Source: Phallusia mammillata
Lineage: Eukaryota
Assembly (NCBI GenBank): GCA_965637545.1
Contig: OZ281497.1
Location: forward strand, 26,908,001 to 26,972,000
Direction of reading: 5' to 3'
Length of the DNA: 64,000 nt
This document shows positions 1 through 12,272 of this stretch, in pieces. Position 1 is the first letter of the stretch. Every line of letters starts with the position of its first letter. The translations under genes were made by a program, and so were the position numbers. The notes beneath the pieces were generated by a model that was not told the origin of the DNA, searched no databases, and was given only the letters and a program-made list of their open reading frames with translations.

Positions 1-267
1 GTAGAACCTGCCAATATTTGAATTAAGGTTTTGGGTTGAGGCGACTTGTGACTTCACGCAAAAACTTTTCCATGGAACTTTATTAACCGGTAAAAAGGAA
101 GTATACATGGTGCTGAGTGCTGACACAACAAAATCCCATAATTTCCTTAAATGCCGTACTTTGTGTTATAATAGTCCGGTTGAAAAACTTTGCAAAAAAA
201 CATTGGCCCACAGGCATTTTCAGCTGATAAAAATTGAACTCCATTAAAAAAGGTTTGGACACCCCTG
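1..267. mobile_element. Right end of a hAT-type MITE, left end outside the window
   Basis: Ends in GGTTTGGACACCCCTG, the reverse complement of the CAGGGGTGTC(C)AAAC terminus seen at 3396; followed by CTTTAGTT (nnnTAnnn). Confidence 0.6.
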
Positions 268-505
268 CTTTAGTTCATAAACAGAATCAATCATAGTACC
301 ACTTGAAAGAATCAACTTGTCAGTTTAGTTGTTCATAAATAAGGAATTGTTAAAATGAATTTAAGACGCTTTTGATTTTTCGTAACAAACAGACAGTGCA
401 TTATATTATGGTTTAATTTGGGGCATTGCTGAATATTAGTTTTGAATTTAATCAAAAATCAACACCATTTTAAATAGAACTGAAAATACTACTGTTTCAT
501 TTCAG

Positions 506-3500
506 AGCACTGGCATCTGTGAAGCTTACCAAAGTGAAGTATGTGGTTTGGTCCAATGATATGTCACATGTTGCACTGTTGGCTAAACACAACATTGCAA
601 TCTGCAATCGTAAACTTGAATCGCTTGCCACAATCCACGAAAATGTGCGTGTGAAGTCGGGAGCATGGGAAGAAAGTGGTGTGTTTATCTACACTACTTC
701 TAATCACATCAAATATGCTCTTACTAATGGGTTAGTTGGTTTATTTTTTTGTTTTGAGCAGTAAAAGTATTTTTATCGAATTTCCTGTTTTGAAAAACAA
801 ATTTGAAATCAGGTTTATTATTAACATAATAAACTTTTGGCTTAAACAATCAATTTTTTGATGTTCAAACAGCTTACTTTGTCCCTGTGATGTTGAGGTT
901 ATGGTCAAATATGCCTTTTTTGTCTTAATTTTATGTATTATGTAAAATGAAAATATTACTATCTGTTTTTGAAATTATTGCATTCCTCAGGGATTTTTCA
1001 CTCTTTGTTAATAACTCAGAATTTATGTCTAAAAATATGTCAGTCTTGGACAGTGAAAAACACATATAAAGGAGCTTGCATATCATCAATGTGTTTATTA
1101 TTTTACATTCCAGTGATCATGGCATCATTCGAACCCTGGACCTTCCCATCTATATAACAAGGGTTAAGGGCACAAGTGTGTATTGCTTGGATCGAGAAAC
1201 TCGTCCTCGAGTTCTTTCCATTGATCCAACAGAATTCAGATTCAAGGTTTGTATCTATGTTTTCGAAATGAGTATTTAATTGTAACAATTGGAAACTGAA
1301 TCTCATTCCAATTGCTTGCAAGAAAAGTGACATTTGCGATTAAGCAGAATTGTCTACTATATTTTTCACATTTCAATACTACTTTAAAACCCAAGAAAGA
1401 TGTACAGGTTAAATATGAGTCTTATTTTGCATAAAATTGTCTGATATACGTTACTTTTGTCAGTTTATAGTTGAGCTGAAATACTGTATTTTTTGTGAGT
1501 TTTTTAAAGACTTTTTGCAGTATTTAAATTCCTTTTCAGAAATCAGCAAATCCATTGCAGTATTTTTATTGTCTCAGTGACTTTTATTCAAAGATAACAT
1601 CGATGCTAAAATGTATTTAAAGATCGGCGTAACAGCTAAAATATAATTACACTTGATAGATGGCACTTGTGAATCGCAAATACGATGAAGTTCTACACAT
1701 GGTTCGTAACACCAAGCTGGTCGGACAATCGATCATCGCTTACTTGCAACAGAAAGGATACCCAGAAGTTGCTCTACACTTTGTCAAGGACGACAAAACA
1801 AGGTTTTCATTGGCTCTAGAGTGTGGAGATATTGAGGTAAATAATTGTATCTTGTATGAATATGAAGATTAAAATAGATTAATGAAATTATTGACAAAAC
1901 AACAAACCAAGTAGATGCAAAAAGAGACATGCTTTATTATTCAAATGTTTCTGCAAATGCTCACCCATCAACAGTGATGAAACTTATAAACAGATTAATG
2001 AAATTATGGAAGTATAAAAACGACTAAATAAAAATAATTTAATATCCACAAAAGTGTAATTGCAACTATTAAATTTTTGAACAAGTAAAACACCATAATA
2101 AACGTTATAGCATACTAACTCTATGGAATTGTTTAGGTGGCATTAGCTGCTGCAAAAGCACTTGATGACAAGCAGTGCTGGGTTGCACTTGGAGAAGTTG
2201 CACTTGCTCATGGGAACCACCAAGTGGTAGAAATGGCTTATCAGCGAACCAAGGATTTCGACAAACTCTCGTTTCTATATTTGCTCACTGGAAATCTTGA
2301 AAAGTTGAGAAAAATGATGAAAATCGGTAAGTATGTACAGACCCCTGAAGTACGCGGTTTCCATCATTTAACGCAATTAAAAAGCAGTCATTTTTGTTCT
2401 GTTATACCTTGTTGGACACTGGTTATCGTATGTTAGTAGAATAGTTGGTTTAATGCTCGGGTCAGTTAGTGAGACTGCTCGGCTAAACACAGAGCATCAA
2501 AAACAGTGATGCTCGGTACAGAGTGCTTAGATTCTTGCTCGGCTCGACCCATCAAATCAATAAACAACATCGAAATCTGTGGTTTACTATAGTTGTTGCC
2601 CTTTTTGTACGTGTCATTTGACTGTAGTGTTTCTTTTTCCAGCTGAAATCAGAAAGGATACATCAGGTCATTACCAGGCTGCTCTTTATCTCGGAGATGT
2701 AGCAGAGCGAGTAAAGGTTCTTCGTGGATGCGGACAAAAGTCGCTCGCTTATCTTACTGCTGCTACACATGGATTAGAAGAAGAAGCAGAGCAGCTCAAA
2801 GATGAAGTAGTCCCAGATATTGATCCCAGCGCAGTCCTTCTTCAGCCACCACCTCCCATCAAACAGTGTGAAGAAAATTGGCCGTTGCTAACTGTCAGCA
2901 AAGGTGGGTCCACAAAAATTTGAGCACTTCGTATAACTTGGTCACACAGCAAACTAACCTTTATAGCAGTGGTTGACAACCTTTTGCTGTGGTCTAAAAG
3001 CAAGATTCACTTTACTATTAAAACCAGAGATTAAGTGGTAAAATTGCCCACTACTTTAAAGGACAGAAACATTGTTTGGAAATGCAAAAATAAACTTCTT
3101 TTGGCGGTTTTGAATTCCTCAGAAAAATAGTTCCACAAACGAACTGTTTTGGATAAGTACGTTAAAAAATGATTGTTTGTATTTTAATTGGTCAAATTGT
3201 TGTAGACCTTGTTTGCACTGGATTCAGTAAATCTGAATTTTCACCTAATTCCAACAAAACTTGAGGTTCAAAAGATTTGTAATGTGATAAGGCTTAAACT
3301 ATTCGACTTCAGTTAATCCAGATTTTCGCCTAACCCTGAAAATTTTTTGTTTCAATTTTGTACGTGTTCACTGAGGTTTGGTGTACTGCATAATGCAGGG
3401 GTGTCAAACATGCAGTCCTCCCAAGAGTTTTTGTGTGGCTCACAAAGTAACTTTGAAAAGTGACGTGTTTTACTCAGGCTCAGGAATACCCTGTCGGAGC

Positions 3501-6500
3501 ACTGAGTTTACATGATGCAATGGTGCTATATGCAACGTCTCAATATGCCCATCTTTAGCATCAGCATTTGCAATTGTTGCATCATTGTATGCCACTGTCT
3601 TTACACAAAGCAATAAAGCACAGTGGGTTATTTTACCCTGCACTGTGTATATGTTTGTTAAAAAGTTCTATTAAACTTTGTTTTTGGCTCTCAAAGTTGT
3701 TGGAGTTTGACACCCCTGGTGTAATGGCTAAAAAAGCACAAGCAATATCACAGAGATAAACAAGGAGTTTATTTCACAATTTTTGTTACAGGATTCTTCC
3801 ATGAGAACAGAAACAAGGGAGGCACAGTCGGAGCTCTCAACGCAGATGACATGGACGCAGATGTTGGAGGATGGGGAGAAGATGTTGAGATCATCATTGA
3901 TGATGAGGGAGGGATCGTGGAAGAAGAGTTTGAGGATGCAGAGGAGGGAGAGGACACTGGAGGAGGTTGGGATGTTGATGATGATGATCTTGAACTTCCA
4001 GCTGATCTTGACATCGCTCCTGATGATGGATCTCATGGAGAAGGATTCTTTGTTGCTCCCACAAAAGGTTTAAATGTTACATATGTTTTATGTAAAAATA
4101 AAAATAAATGTATCTTTTTATGTTGGTATGCCTTAAAATATTTTTAATACTGGACACAGTTTATTGACTATTTCCTATTCTGTCATTGATAAGCCTTGAC
4201 ATTTTAACTACCTTACGTAATAAGTAAGAAACGGTAATGTTTACTAAGTTATCCATACACAAGTTTTTGGTGATTATGTACTAACTTGAATGCATTACAC
4301 ATTCAACATTTCAAGTTTTAGGTTGTCCAGAGCTTCTAATGTAGCCTTATGACCCCCTTCCTTAAAAAAACTTCCGTTATATTGCACTAGTTTTTATGTG
4401 GCGAAACTATTGTTTTGGGCATGTTTTATCTGTGAAAGCAACTCTTTTACTGTTTTTTTTTTTTCAGGAACATCTCAATGCCAGGTATGGTGCAACAATT
4501 CACAACTTGCTGTTGACCACATACTTGCCGGATCATTTGACACTGCGTTCAGGGTGGGTAAAGTGTTGTGGTTGTATGTAATGTTTTTTGAAAAGCCATT
4601 TTAACTTTGTAACATCATTTAATGGAGCTGGTTTGAATGCGCAAAAAAAATTATTCCCATTTAAGTTGTAGTTCACCGAAACTTTTGATGTAGCATTTGT
4701 CGAGTGGTTGCACAGAGGCTTTTATGTCATGTATTTTGTGTTAAAGCTTTGAAGCTACAGCCATAACTTAGATTAAATTTCTTGCAGTTGCTTCATGACC
4801 AAGTTGGGGTCACTGACTTTCAACCCTACAAGACCCTCTTTACCCAAACATTTGCACGGGGACGTACGGCGTTCACGGGAATTCCCGGTCTACCCCCGAT
4901 GAACAGTTACCCCCATCGGAACTGGCGAGAAGCGGGGGCCAAAGGGGGACTTCCCGTCGTGGGTTTGAGCCTCGCTGTGTTAGCTACAAGACTACAGGTA
5001 AACTATTGAACTGCAATTTCCTTTGCAAATAATTTAAATTTGTTGCGTCATATATGTCTGACGTCACAATGCTTAAATGTTGCTAGGCAAATAAAGAAAC
5101 GAAATTTATATTTGGTTAAGCAGAAACGCTAATAACACAGTAAGATTGTAAATATAACAACAAAAAATGAAACCATTTGATTATCAGTTGTGTAAAAGAT
5201 TCCCGTCAAAAACGAGGCCTGAAATTTTGTATCATGCTCAATTGCTCACACATATGCGCTTGCATTCTTGCTAAGATCCGGTTTATTTTTTGAAAAACAC
5301 AAGTTTAACCGGTATGTGATTTCAGGATGCTTACAAACTGACCACACAAGGAAAATTCGATGATGCAATTGTAAAATTCCGTGACATTCTTTTATCTGTT
5401 CCACTTTTGGTGGTCGACAACAAGCAGGAAATAAGTGAGGTGGGATATAACAGGGCACAAAAATCAGTGGCCTTTAAGGTTTTCAATAAAAGGTTGCATT
5501 GCTTACTTTTAAAACTAATTTTTTTTCAAATCGACGAATGCTTATGGTCAAGGTTTTTTGAAACAGAAAGTCTTGACATTACTTTCCTTCAGTTTCTTAC
5601 AAAATTCAAAGTTAGAACTTTACTGTACAATCCAGTCAAAAAAATACTGACAAATTGCAAATCGATAAACCAAGACTAAAAATAACACCAAACACAAAAA
5701 AATCACCAAAAGCCGTTTTCCGACATGCAATATTTTTCCTTCAATGCAGAAGGTTACGAAAAAAGTTGTTAATTTTTTTTAAAACACTAATAAAACAATA
5801 TTAAAATAAAACATTGCTGTTATTTAACAGGCTCAACAGCTGATTACAATTTGCCGCGAATACATTGTCGGACTTTCAATGGAACAACTTCGTAAATCCC
5901 TACCCAAAGCGAGTTTGGATGACCAAAAACGAACATGTGAGATGGCAGCTTACCTCACACACTGTCAGTGGCAACCTATCCATCTCATACTTGCACTGAG
6001 AACAGCACAAAACCTATTCTTCAAGCTGAAAAACTACAAGGTACGTCGGTGTGGTTGTTTTAAAGTGTGTTTAAGATGCAATTAGTTCACTAGTGGGCTT
6101 ATTACAAAGGGTGATTTTAACGAATTTCACTAGCCACCGGGAACAAATCTTATTAAACTGTCTCTTAATCCCATTTCAGACGATTCTGGTTTAATGCTAA
6201 CTGATATTTTGTGTTTTACTATACACTGTAAGTATAGCCTAAGAAATTTGAGCACATTAGACATGATTAACTGGAAAGATAGACCTTAGTCTGCATCGTG
6301 GTAAAATTCACATTACGCCACAAGAGGCGTTATACCTAATAGGGATGTGCCAAAACTGCAAATGTTCTGTTTGGTCGAGCACCGAGCATTAAAAACAGCG
6401 ATGCTCGGTACCGAGTACTCGGGTTCTGGCTCGGCTCGGCCCATCCCGAATACCTAATCAAGCCGGTTAACTGAGCATTTTCTACACGAAATCTACAATA

Positions 6501-7217
6501 TGAAGTTGGATATTATTTCTTCGTGACGTCATAATAGATTGATGACGTAATAATTGTTTCAGACTGCCGCGTCATTTGCGCGTCGACTTCTGGAGCTGGG
6601 TCCCAAACCGGATGTTGCATCACAAACGCGAAAGATAATCGCGGCTTGTGAGAAAAACCCACGTGACACACACGAGTTGCTTTATGACGCACACAATCCA
6701 TTCGATATCTGCGCGGCCACATATGTTCCAATATACAGGTATGTAGTTGTGACGTCATCAGTGTTGTAATTACGCGTTTATGCTAAGGCTACTAGACGTA
6801 AATATTAATTTTTAAAAATTGAAGAAAACAATAAAAAAATACTTTTCTGGCATAAATTTGTTTCTATTTGACCCGAGTTGGATAATTCGATTTTTTTAAA
6901 TAAAATGACCGGAGTGAAATCGAGTATCTTCCCGAATGTGACTCGATTAAAGTTCATTTCAAAAACCACAATTTTACTCAATATGAGCTGTAGACTAAAC
7001 TTATAACACTATATATCACCAAACTTATTTTTACAATCATCAAGTCCACATAACTACAAATATTTTTTCTTTTAGGGGCAAACCGGTTGAAAAATGTCCG
7101 CTAAGTGGCGCATGTTACACTCCCGCCCACAAAGGGGAAATTTGCCCGGTCACGAAATGCACAGAGATAGGAAAAGATTGTGTTGGTCTGAGGGTTAGCT
7201 CTATACAATTCCGCTAA
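506..7217 (+). CDS. COPA: Coatomer subunit alpha, 3' part (5' exons upstream of window). Exons: 506-730, 1114-1246, 1660-1836, 2137-2326, 2643-2903, 3792-4067, 4468-4553, 4788-4997, 5326-5439, 5831-6040, 6563-6738, 7076-7217
   Basis: Exon translations match alpha-COP as I know it ([94 protein letters not shown]...QFR*). All introns are GT-AG with compatible phases; stop TAA at 7215-7217. Confidence 0.97.
2452..2553. mobile_element. Degenerate fragment of the TAGGGATG-ended hAT MITE family (COPA intron)
   Basis: GAGCATCAAAAACAGTGATGCTCGGTACAGAGT...GCTCGGCTCGACCCATC aligns by eye to the 6340 and 17326 copies. Confidence 0.6.
3060..3372 (-). mobile_element. Degenerate reverse copy of the pogo/Tc1-like element at 11247
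   Basis: CAAAACTTGAGGTTCAAAAGATTTGTAATGTG...GTTAATCCAGATTTTCGCCTAA matches the reverse complement of ~11300-11385; boundaries approximate. Confidence 0.55.
3396..3718. mobile_element. hAT (Buster-type) MITE
   Basis: TIRs CAGGGGTGTCAAAC / GTTTGACACCCCTG; degenerate 8-bp TSD GCATAATG / GTGTAATG. Confidence 0.85.
6340..6449. mobile_element. 110-bp minimal hAT (Ac-type) MITE
   Basis: TAGGGATG...CATCCCGA termini with perfect 8-bp TSD ATACCTAA; an internally deleted version of the 13542 and 17326 copies. Confidence 0.9.
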
Positions 7218-7571
7218 TTCCGACTAACAGTGGACATTCAAATTTCGTTTCAAGATATTTTGCTGACTTCGTATTGTTATTGATTCCTTGTAGATATCTA
7301 TGTTTCATGTAGCATTTATGGAATTGCTTTTTTTCTGTGGTAAACGCAATATTTGCTGTCAGTTCATGTTGGCACAGAAAATTGGCTCGTGTCTTCTTTA
7401 TCCGGTGCAATGGGAATTTGTATGAAAAATATTTGTCAAGAAATAAAAATCAATTTCAATACTTTTTCTCACCACTATTGCCTTTTAAATCTGTTGTAGA
7501 GCTTCTAAAAATGTAAATGTAACGAATATAGTGGAAGAATCGAATCCGAGGTTTTAAGATTGTAGACTGCG

Positions 7572-7855
7572 GGGCACTTGTGTATCGTTTGGTAATTGTA
7601 AGCCGTAAGCTAGGCCCCGAATGCAAAAAGTGGTATTTTAAACCTGGAAAGACTCCTGTCGGGGGTTCAGATCACACCGCAGGCATAGATTTTTCAGCCT
7701 TTGCCGTGCCTGACCAATTGGGAATGCTTGGTGATCGGCTGATTTGGTACGACATCTCTAATAGGCCTGGCGTACCGAGATTTATATGTGAGTGTCCCGT
7801 GATCGCTGGTCTGCATGGATGCCTAATAGTTATGAACTAATGCTCATCTTATTTA
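7572..7855 (+). mobile_element. tRNA-headed SINE-like repeat between COPA and DUS1L
   Basis: Body (TTTTTCAGCCT...GGCTGATTTGGTA...TAATAGGCCTGG...TGAGTGT...GGTCTGCA) is shared with 26173-26615, 10175-10280 (-) and 25998-26065 (-); degenerate B-box-like GGGTTCAGATC. Confidence 0.65.
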
Positions 7856-8322
7856 TATCCCAGTTGATATCAGATAATAATTACCACTACTCACATTGAG
7901 CATTTCAACTACATCACGAAGGATTTAAGGACTATAAATGTCCTCGAAGGACAAACTAGCCTACATTTTAACAAAACATTACATGTCGTCCTCCGAAGAC
8001 GTGCAGGTGCAGCAGGCCCAGTTTAAACAGGCATCGGCACAGCAGGCATATTTTCCAATTCTTAAACAACATAAAGCATTTTTTGCCCAAAATTATTTCC
8101 ATTTTATGAATTGATGTGCCGGGGATTTATTGAGAACTAATGAAAAAAAAGCCTGCAAATAATATGCATGACTGCTTTTGTGTCGCATGAGTGATTTCCA
8201 TGCCTGTGTGATGTGATGTAAGACAGTCAAAGTTGTAAGTTTGTGATTGTTTTTCTGTTTGTCTTCGAATTTACTAATTGGGCTTTTGAAGAAGCAAAAA
8301 AATCACAATCTTGAAGTCAAGA

Positions 8323-11119
8323 ATGTCCGAAGAAAATCGGGATGTGAAAAAACTGAAGGGATTCGAGTTTTGGGAGAAAACGTTGCAAAAAGCAAAACTT
8401 GTTGTTGCTCCAATGGTCGACCAGAGTGAGTTAGCGTGGAGGATGTTATCACGAAAATATGGAGCACAGCTTTGCTACACTCCGATGCTACATTCATCTG
8501 TTTTCATTCGTGATCCACAATACAGGTACAAGTTAATCTAATATAATGCTCATTTGTTCGGTCATGTCTAAAACTGCGGGCCCACTTGGATCACTTGGCC
8601 CGCCTCATGCAATTGGAAAACTGTGGGCCCGCTTCTTGCAAGTATAAAAACTGTAGCCCCACTATATATCCAGTGCTTGGCCCGCCTCTCGTATCGAAAA
8701 ACCGCGGGCCCACTATATCCTGTGCTTGTCGCCTGTCGCCTCTATCGCAAGGAAAAACTGCGGGCCCACTACATCCATTGCTTGCCGTTCAGATCTTGTC
8801 AAAATCAAAATTTAATGACATGTGACAGGTGTGTCCACTGCTTTATCAAGCCGGCCCGCAGTTTTTATACTCTTTATACCAACATCAAATTCAGTCACAG
8901 TTTTATAATTGCCAAAAATGAAACCAAAAGTTTGTAAATTAGTGCTGAATGGGCATGTTAAGTATTGGCTGGCTTTAGAGTATTCCCTTTAATTTACTAA
9001 TTGCTCATGTTTAAATGTTGCACAATTGGATCTTTAGGCTGGATGGTCTAGCATCGTGTGATGAAGATCGTCCACTTATTGTTCAGTTTTGTGGAAATAA
9101 ACCGGAAACAATTTTGGAAGCTTGCTTGTTAGCTCAGGATAAATGTGATGCAGTGGACCTTAATCTTGGTTGTCCACAGGTATTTGAAATGCCATGCTTA
9201 GCATCAAAAGTTGCAGAAAATTTAGCTATATTGTATTTAGATTGTGTTAAAATGTAAATATTTTTTACAATACTTCTTGTTTTGTTTTTCAATTTTAAAA
9301 TACTGCGATTTATATATTTCTCATAGATTTTTGATCAGATTGAAGTACAGTAATGTAATTACAATAAACTACAGTAATTACAATAAACTATAGTAATTAC
9401 AGTAAACTACAGTAATGGTGATTTAAAATAAGTTTAATACTTTTCTATAAAAGCCTATTGAAGCAAGCTCCTCTTTTCAAAAAAATATTTTATTTATGGA
9501 CAACTGATAATTCCTTTGCAGATGATTGCCAAGCGGGGAAACTATGGAGCATTCTTGGGTGAAAAATGGGAATTGGTGGAAAAGATTGTTAAAACATGCA
9601 ACGAGAAATTATCAGTGCCAATCACATGCAAGATAAGAGTTTTTACTGATATTGAGAAAACTGTTGCCTATGCTAAAATGCTGGAGAGGTATGTAAATAT
9701 TTTGTTGTTGTTTTTTGTACAATTTATTGATAGTTTAGTTTAACATAAATTTTATTTCATTTTGTTACTTACTATTGTGGTAAAATTAAACATAAAGCTC
9801 AGATTTTTCTTTTTATTATGGCACATTTTAAACCATACGATTCTCCTTGTGATGCATTAATATCAGGGACAATTTTTGCATCATTCAGGGCTGGTTGTCA
9901 GTTGCTAACTGTGCACGGTCGCACCAAGGAAATGAAAGGACCCAAAACTGGCATTGCTAGTTGGAAACACATAAAGGCTGTGAAAGATGCTGTCAAAATT
10001 CCCGTATATGCCAATGGAAATATTCAATACAAAGAAGATGTTGACAGGTAAAACGCTCTACCAACTGGGCTACAAAGAGTCACTGTTGTGCCCAAACCAC
10101 AAATGCTGTTGCCTACCTCATATGCGGCACATGTCAGCTTTGTAGTAGGGAATTTCCAGGTCCACCATTAATTAGCTAAGATGAACATACATAACATTTA
10201 TGCAGACTAGCGATCATAACACACTCATATTTAAATCACAGTACGCCTGGCTGATAATTAGGTGTTATACCAAATTGTCTGGTGGATACATGGTACCGTC
10301 CCTGTGGTGCTTATTTTTGTAGCAAGAATCGTTAACTCATTTCTTGGGTATCTTAGCGTAATTGTTATTACAATATTGATCCCTTTTTCAACCAGGTGTA
10401 TCAAAGATCTAAAAGTCGAGGGAGTTATGACAGCTGAGGGAAACCTTCACAACCCAGCAATATTTATGGGGCAACAACCAATCACATGGGAGATTTCAAG
10501 CGAGTACTTAGATTTGGTGGAAAAGTATCCATGCCCTATGTCATATGTAAGGGGACATTTGTTTAAAATCTGTCACCATGGATTACAAAAGCACACCAAT
10601 GCGAGGGATGTGTTAGCTGGGTCAAAAGACCTAAAAGACATGCGTAGGTCATTAGACATTTTACGTGAGACATGCAAGAAAGTGTGCTGGGGTGAAAATG
10701 GAGTTACCGAGGGACTACCCCACCCACACTGGATCTGCCAACCCTACGTTCGCCCCCCACCCAAACCTGACCCAAGTCGTGTTAAGGTAACCCCACCGAC
10801 AAGTCCAGATATTGGAGAAGTGTCCAGAAAAAAAATGAAAAAGTTGTTGAAACGGTGTCGAAATGCTTCGGAGCTGTCTCTGGAAAACTTGAATCCGAAT
10901 GAAAAAGCGGCAAAACTGGCTGAATGTATTGCTCAGCGACAAGCCAACAAACCAGTTTACACAAAATGCGTTCGTTGTGGAAACCCAAGCGGGAAAAACT
11001 GCATATTTATCTCGTGTAAACGTTGCTGCAAGGACAGAGCCCGAGAGCTGGAAAAGTTTTGTCAAACTCACCGAAATTTTACACCACAAGCTAATTGCAA
11101 AGACAACGTTAATTCATGA
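8323..11119 (+). CDS. DUS1L: tRNA-dihydrouridine(16/17) synthase 1-like, ~464 aa. Exons: 8323-8525, 9038-9179, 9522-9688, 9889-10047, 10396-11119
   Basis: DUS motifs [35 protein letters not shown] (catalytic Cys), [26 protein letters not shown]; C-terminal Cys cluster [17 protein letters not shown] typical of DUS1L; exon phases add up to an open frame. Confidence 0.95.
8560..8870. mobile_element. MULE-like MITE with internal tandem units, degenerate right end (DUS1L intron 1)
   Basis: Starts GGTCATGTCTAAAACTGCGGGCCC like the 35795 element; repeated AAAAC(T/C)G(C/T)GGGCCC units. Confidence 0.75.
9348..9417. repeat. Short minisatellite, ~19-nt unit (DUS1L intron 2)
   Basis: Three to four imperfect copies of CAGTAATTACAATAAACTA. 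Confidence 0.7.
10175..10280 (-). mobile_element. SINE body fragment (DUS1L intron 4)
   Basis: Reverse complement ATTTGGTATAACACC...GGCGTACTGTGATTTAAATATGAGTGTG..GATCGCTAGTCTGCAT aligns to ~7741-7850. Confidence 0.7.
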
Positions 11120-11246
11120 TAGATTCAATGCTATGTGCTTTTCCTCATTATAATAGATGTAGTGTACGGTGGATAACCCTTTATACAGGCTACGTTTTTC
11201 TTTACCGTGTAACTGCAGCGAAATTCGATCGATGCACTGTAGGTGG

Positions 11247-11600
11247 TACAGTGAACCTCGCTTAATCCGGACCCGTTTGGCCCAAAAAATGGCCAGATTT
11301 AGGCGAAGATCCGGATTAACCGATGTTGATTAGTTCAAGCGTTTACCACATTACAAACCATTTGTACCTCAAGTTTTGTCAGAACTAGACGAAGATCCGG
11401 TTTACTATTTATGTTTTTCTCTGGTAGTACATGATAAGTTTAGGAATGCGTTTTCTCATAATCTTTCTTGTAGTAAATAAGATCAAAGCTAGAATTGCAA
11501 AACGTGTTCTATGCAGCAATTTGTTTCCTGAAGGAACGAAATCCTAAACAATTCATCTACGTTTTCCACTATTCTACATTACTTTTCGACCACAATTAAT
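11247..11600 (+). mobile_element. pogo/Tc1-like non-autonomous element, left part
   Basis: TA|CAGTGAACCTCGCTTAATCCG terminus of the Tc1/pogo type; second copy at ~3060-3372; right end not found. Confidence 0.55.
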
Positions 11601-12272
11601 TTGCTACGTTATTTATTGCGATTGTATAACGCAACTGTCCAAGTTCTGGCATAGGAAAAAAATCTACGTTAGTTCATTTGTTGACTTGTCACAATACACA
11701 AAAACAATCGACACTTCTATTGCGTCACAAACAAATAAGGAAATCTTCATGATTTTCCAAAGGTAAGATTCTGGCAGAAGTTTTAAAGAAGATTTTCTGT
11801 AAAACAAAATTTTGTTCCATCAAAGTGCTCAAATCAAGGAGTCAAACCGCTTGAATTTAAAATATGGGTTTAATTTCACCTTTTGTTGCTTTTTTCGGGG
11901 TTCGGTTCAGGTTTTTTAAATTTCTATTATCGAGTTTAAGCTCCAAAAGATTTTTTAATGTGCTCTGCGCGACATCTTATAATTCGTTATTTTTGACACG
12001 CCCTGTAGCCATTATCTCACGTACTGTTCAGTACACTGTTCCGAAAAAAAAAACTCACAAAAAATAATACGGGCTTCTACTGGTTCGGTTCCGGTTCGTG
12101 TTTTTAGGAAATCGTCGTTTACGGTTCGGGTTTAATTAATTTAAGCGCTCAAATAGTTTTGCGGGTTTCGGTTCAACACTCATTTTGCCCCACTAAACAG
12201 GTAATGCGCTGTTTTTTTGCATTTCTTGAGACATAGCAATTGGCTTGCCATGTACTATTAAATACTTAATAT

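Noticed and set aside
7218-8322. COPA-DUS1L as a tunicate-style operon
   Set aside because: The 1.1-kb gap contains AATAAA signals and a SINE copy; nothing in the sequence requires polycistronic transcription.
8586-8937. Overlapping ORFs here and at 35779-36162
   Set aside because: Produced by stop-poor tandem units of the MULE-like MITE; the translations are repetitive and not protein-like.
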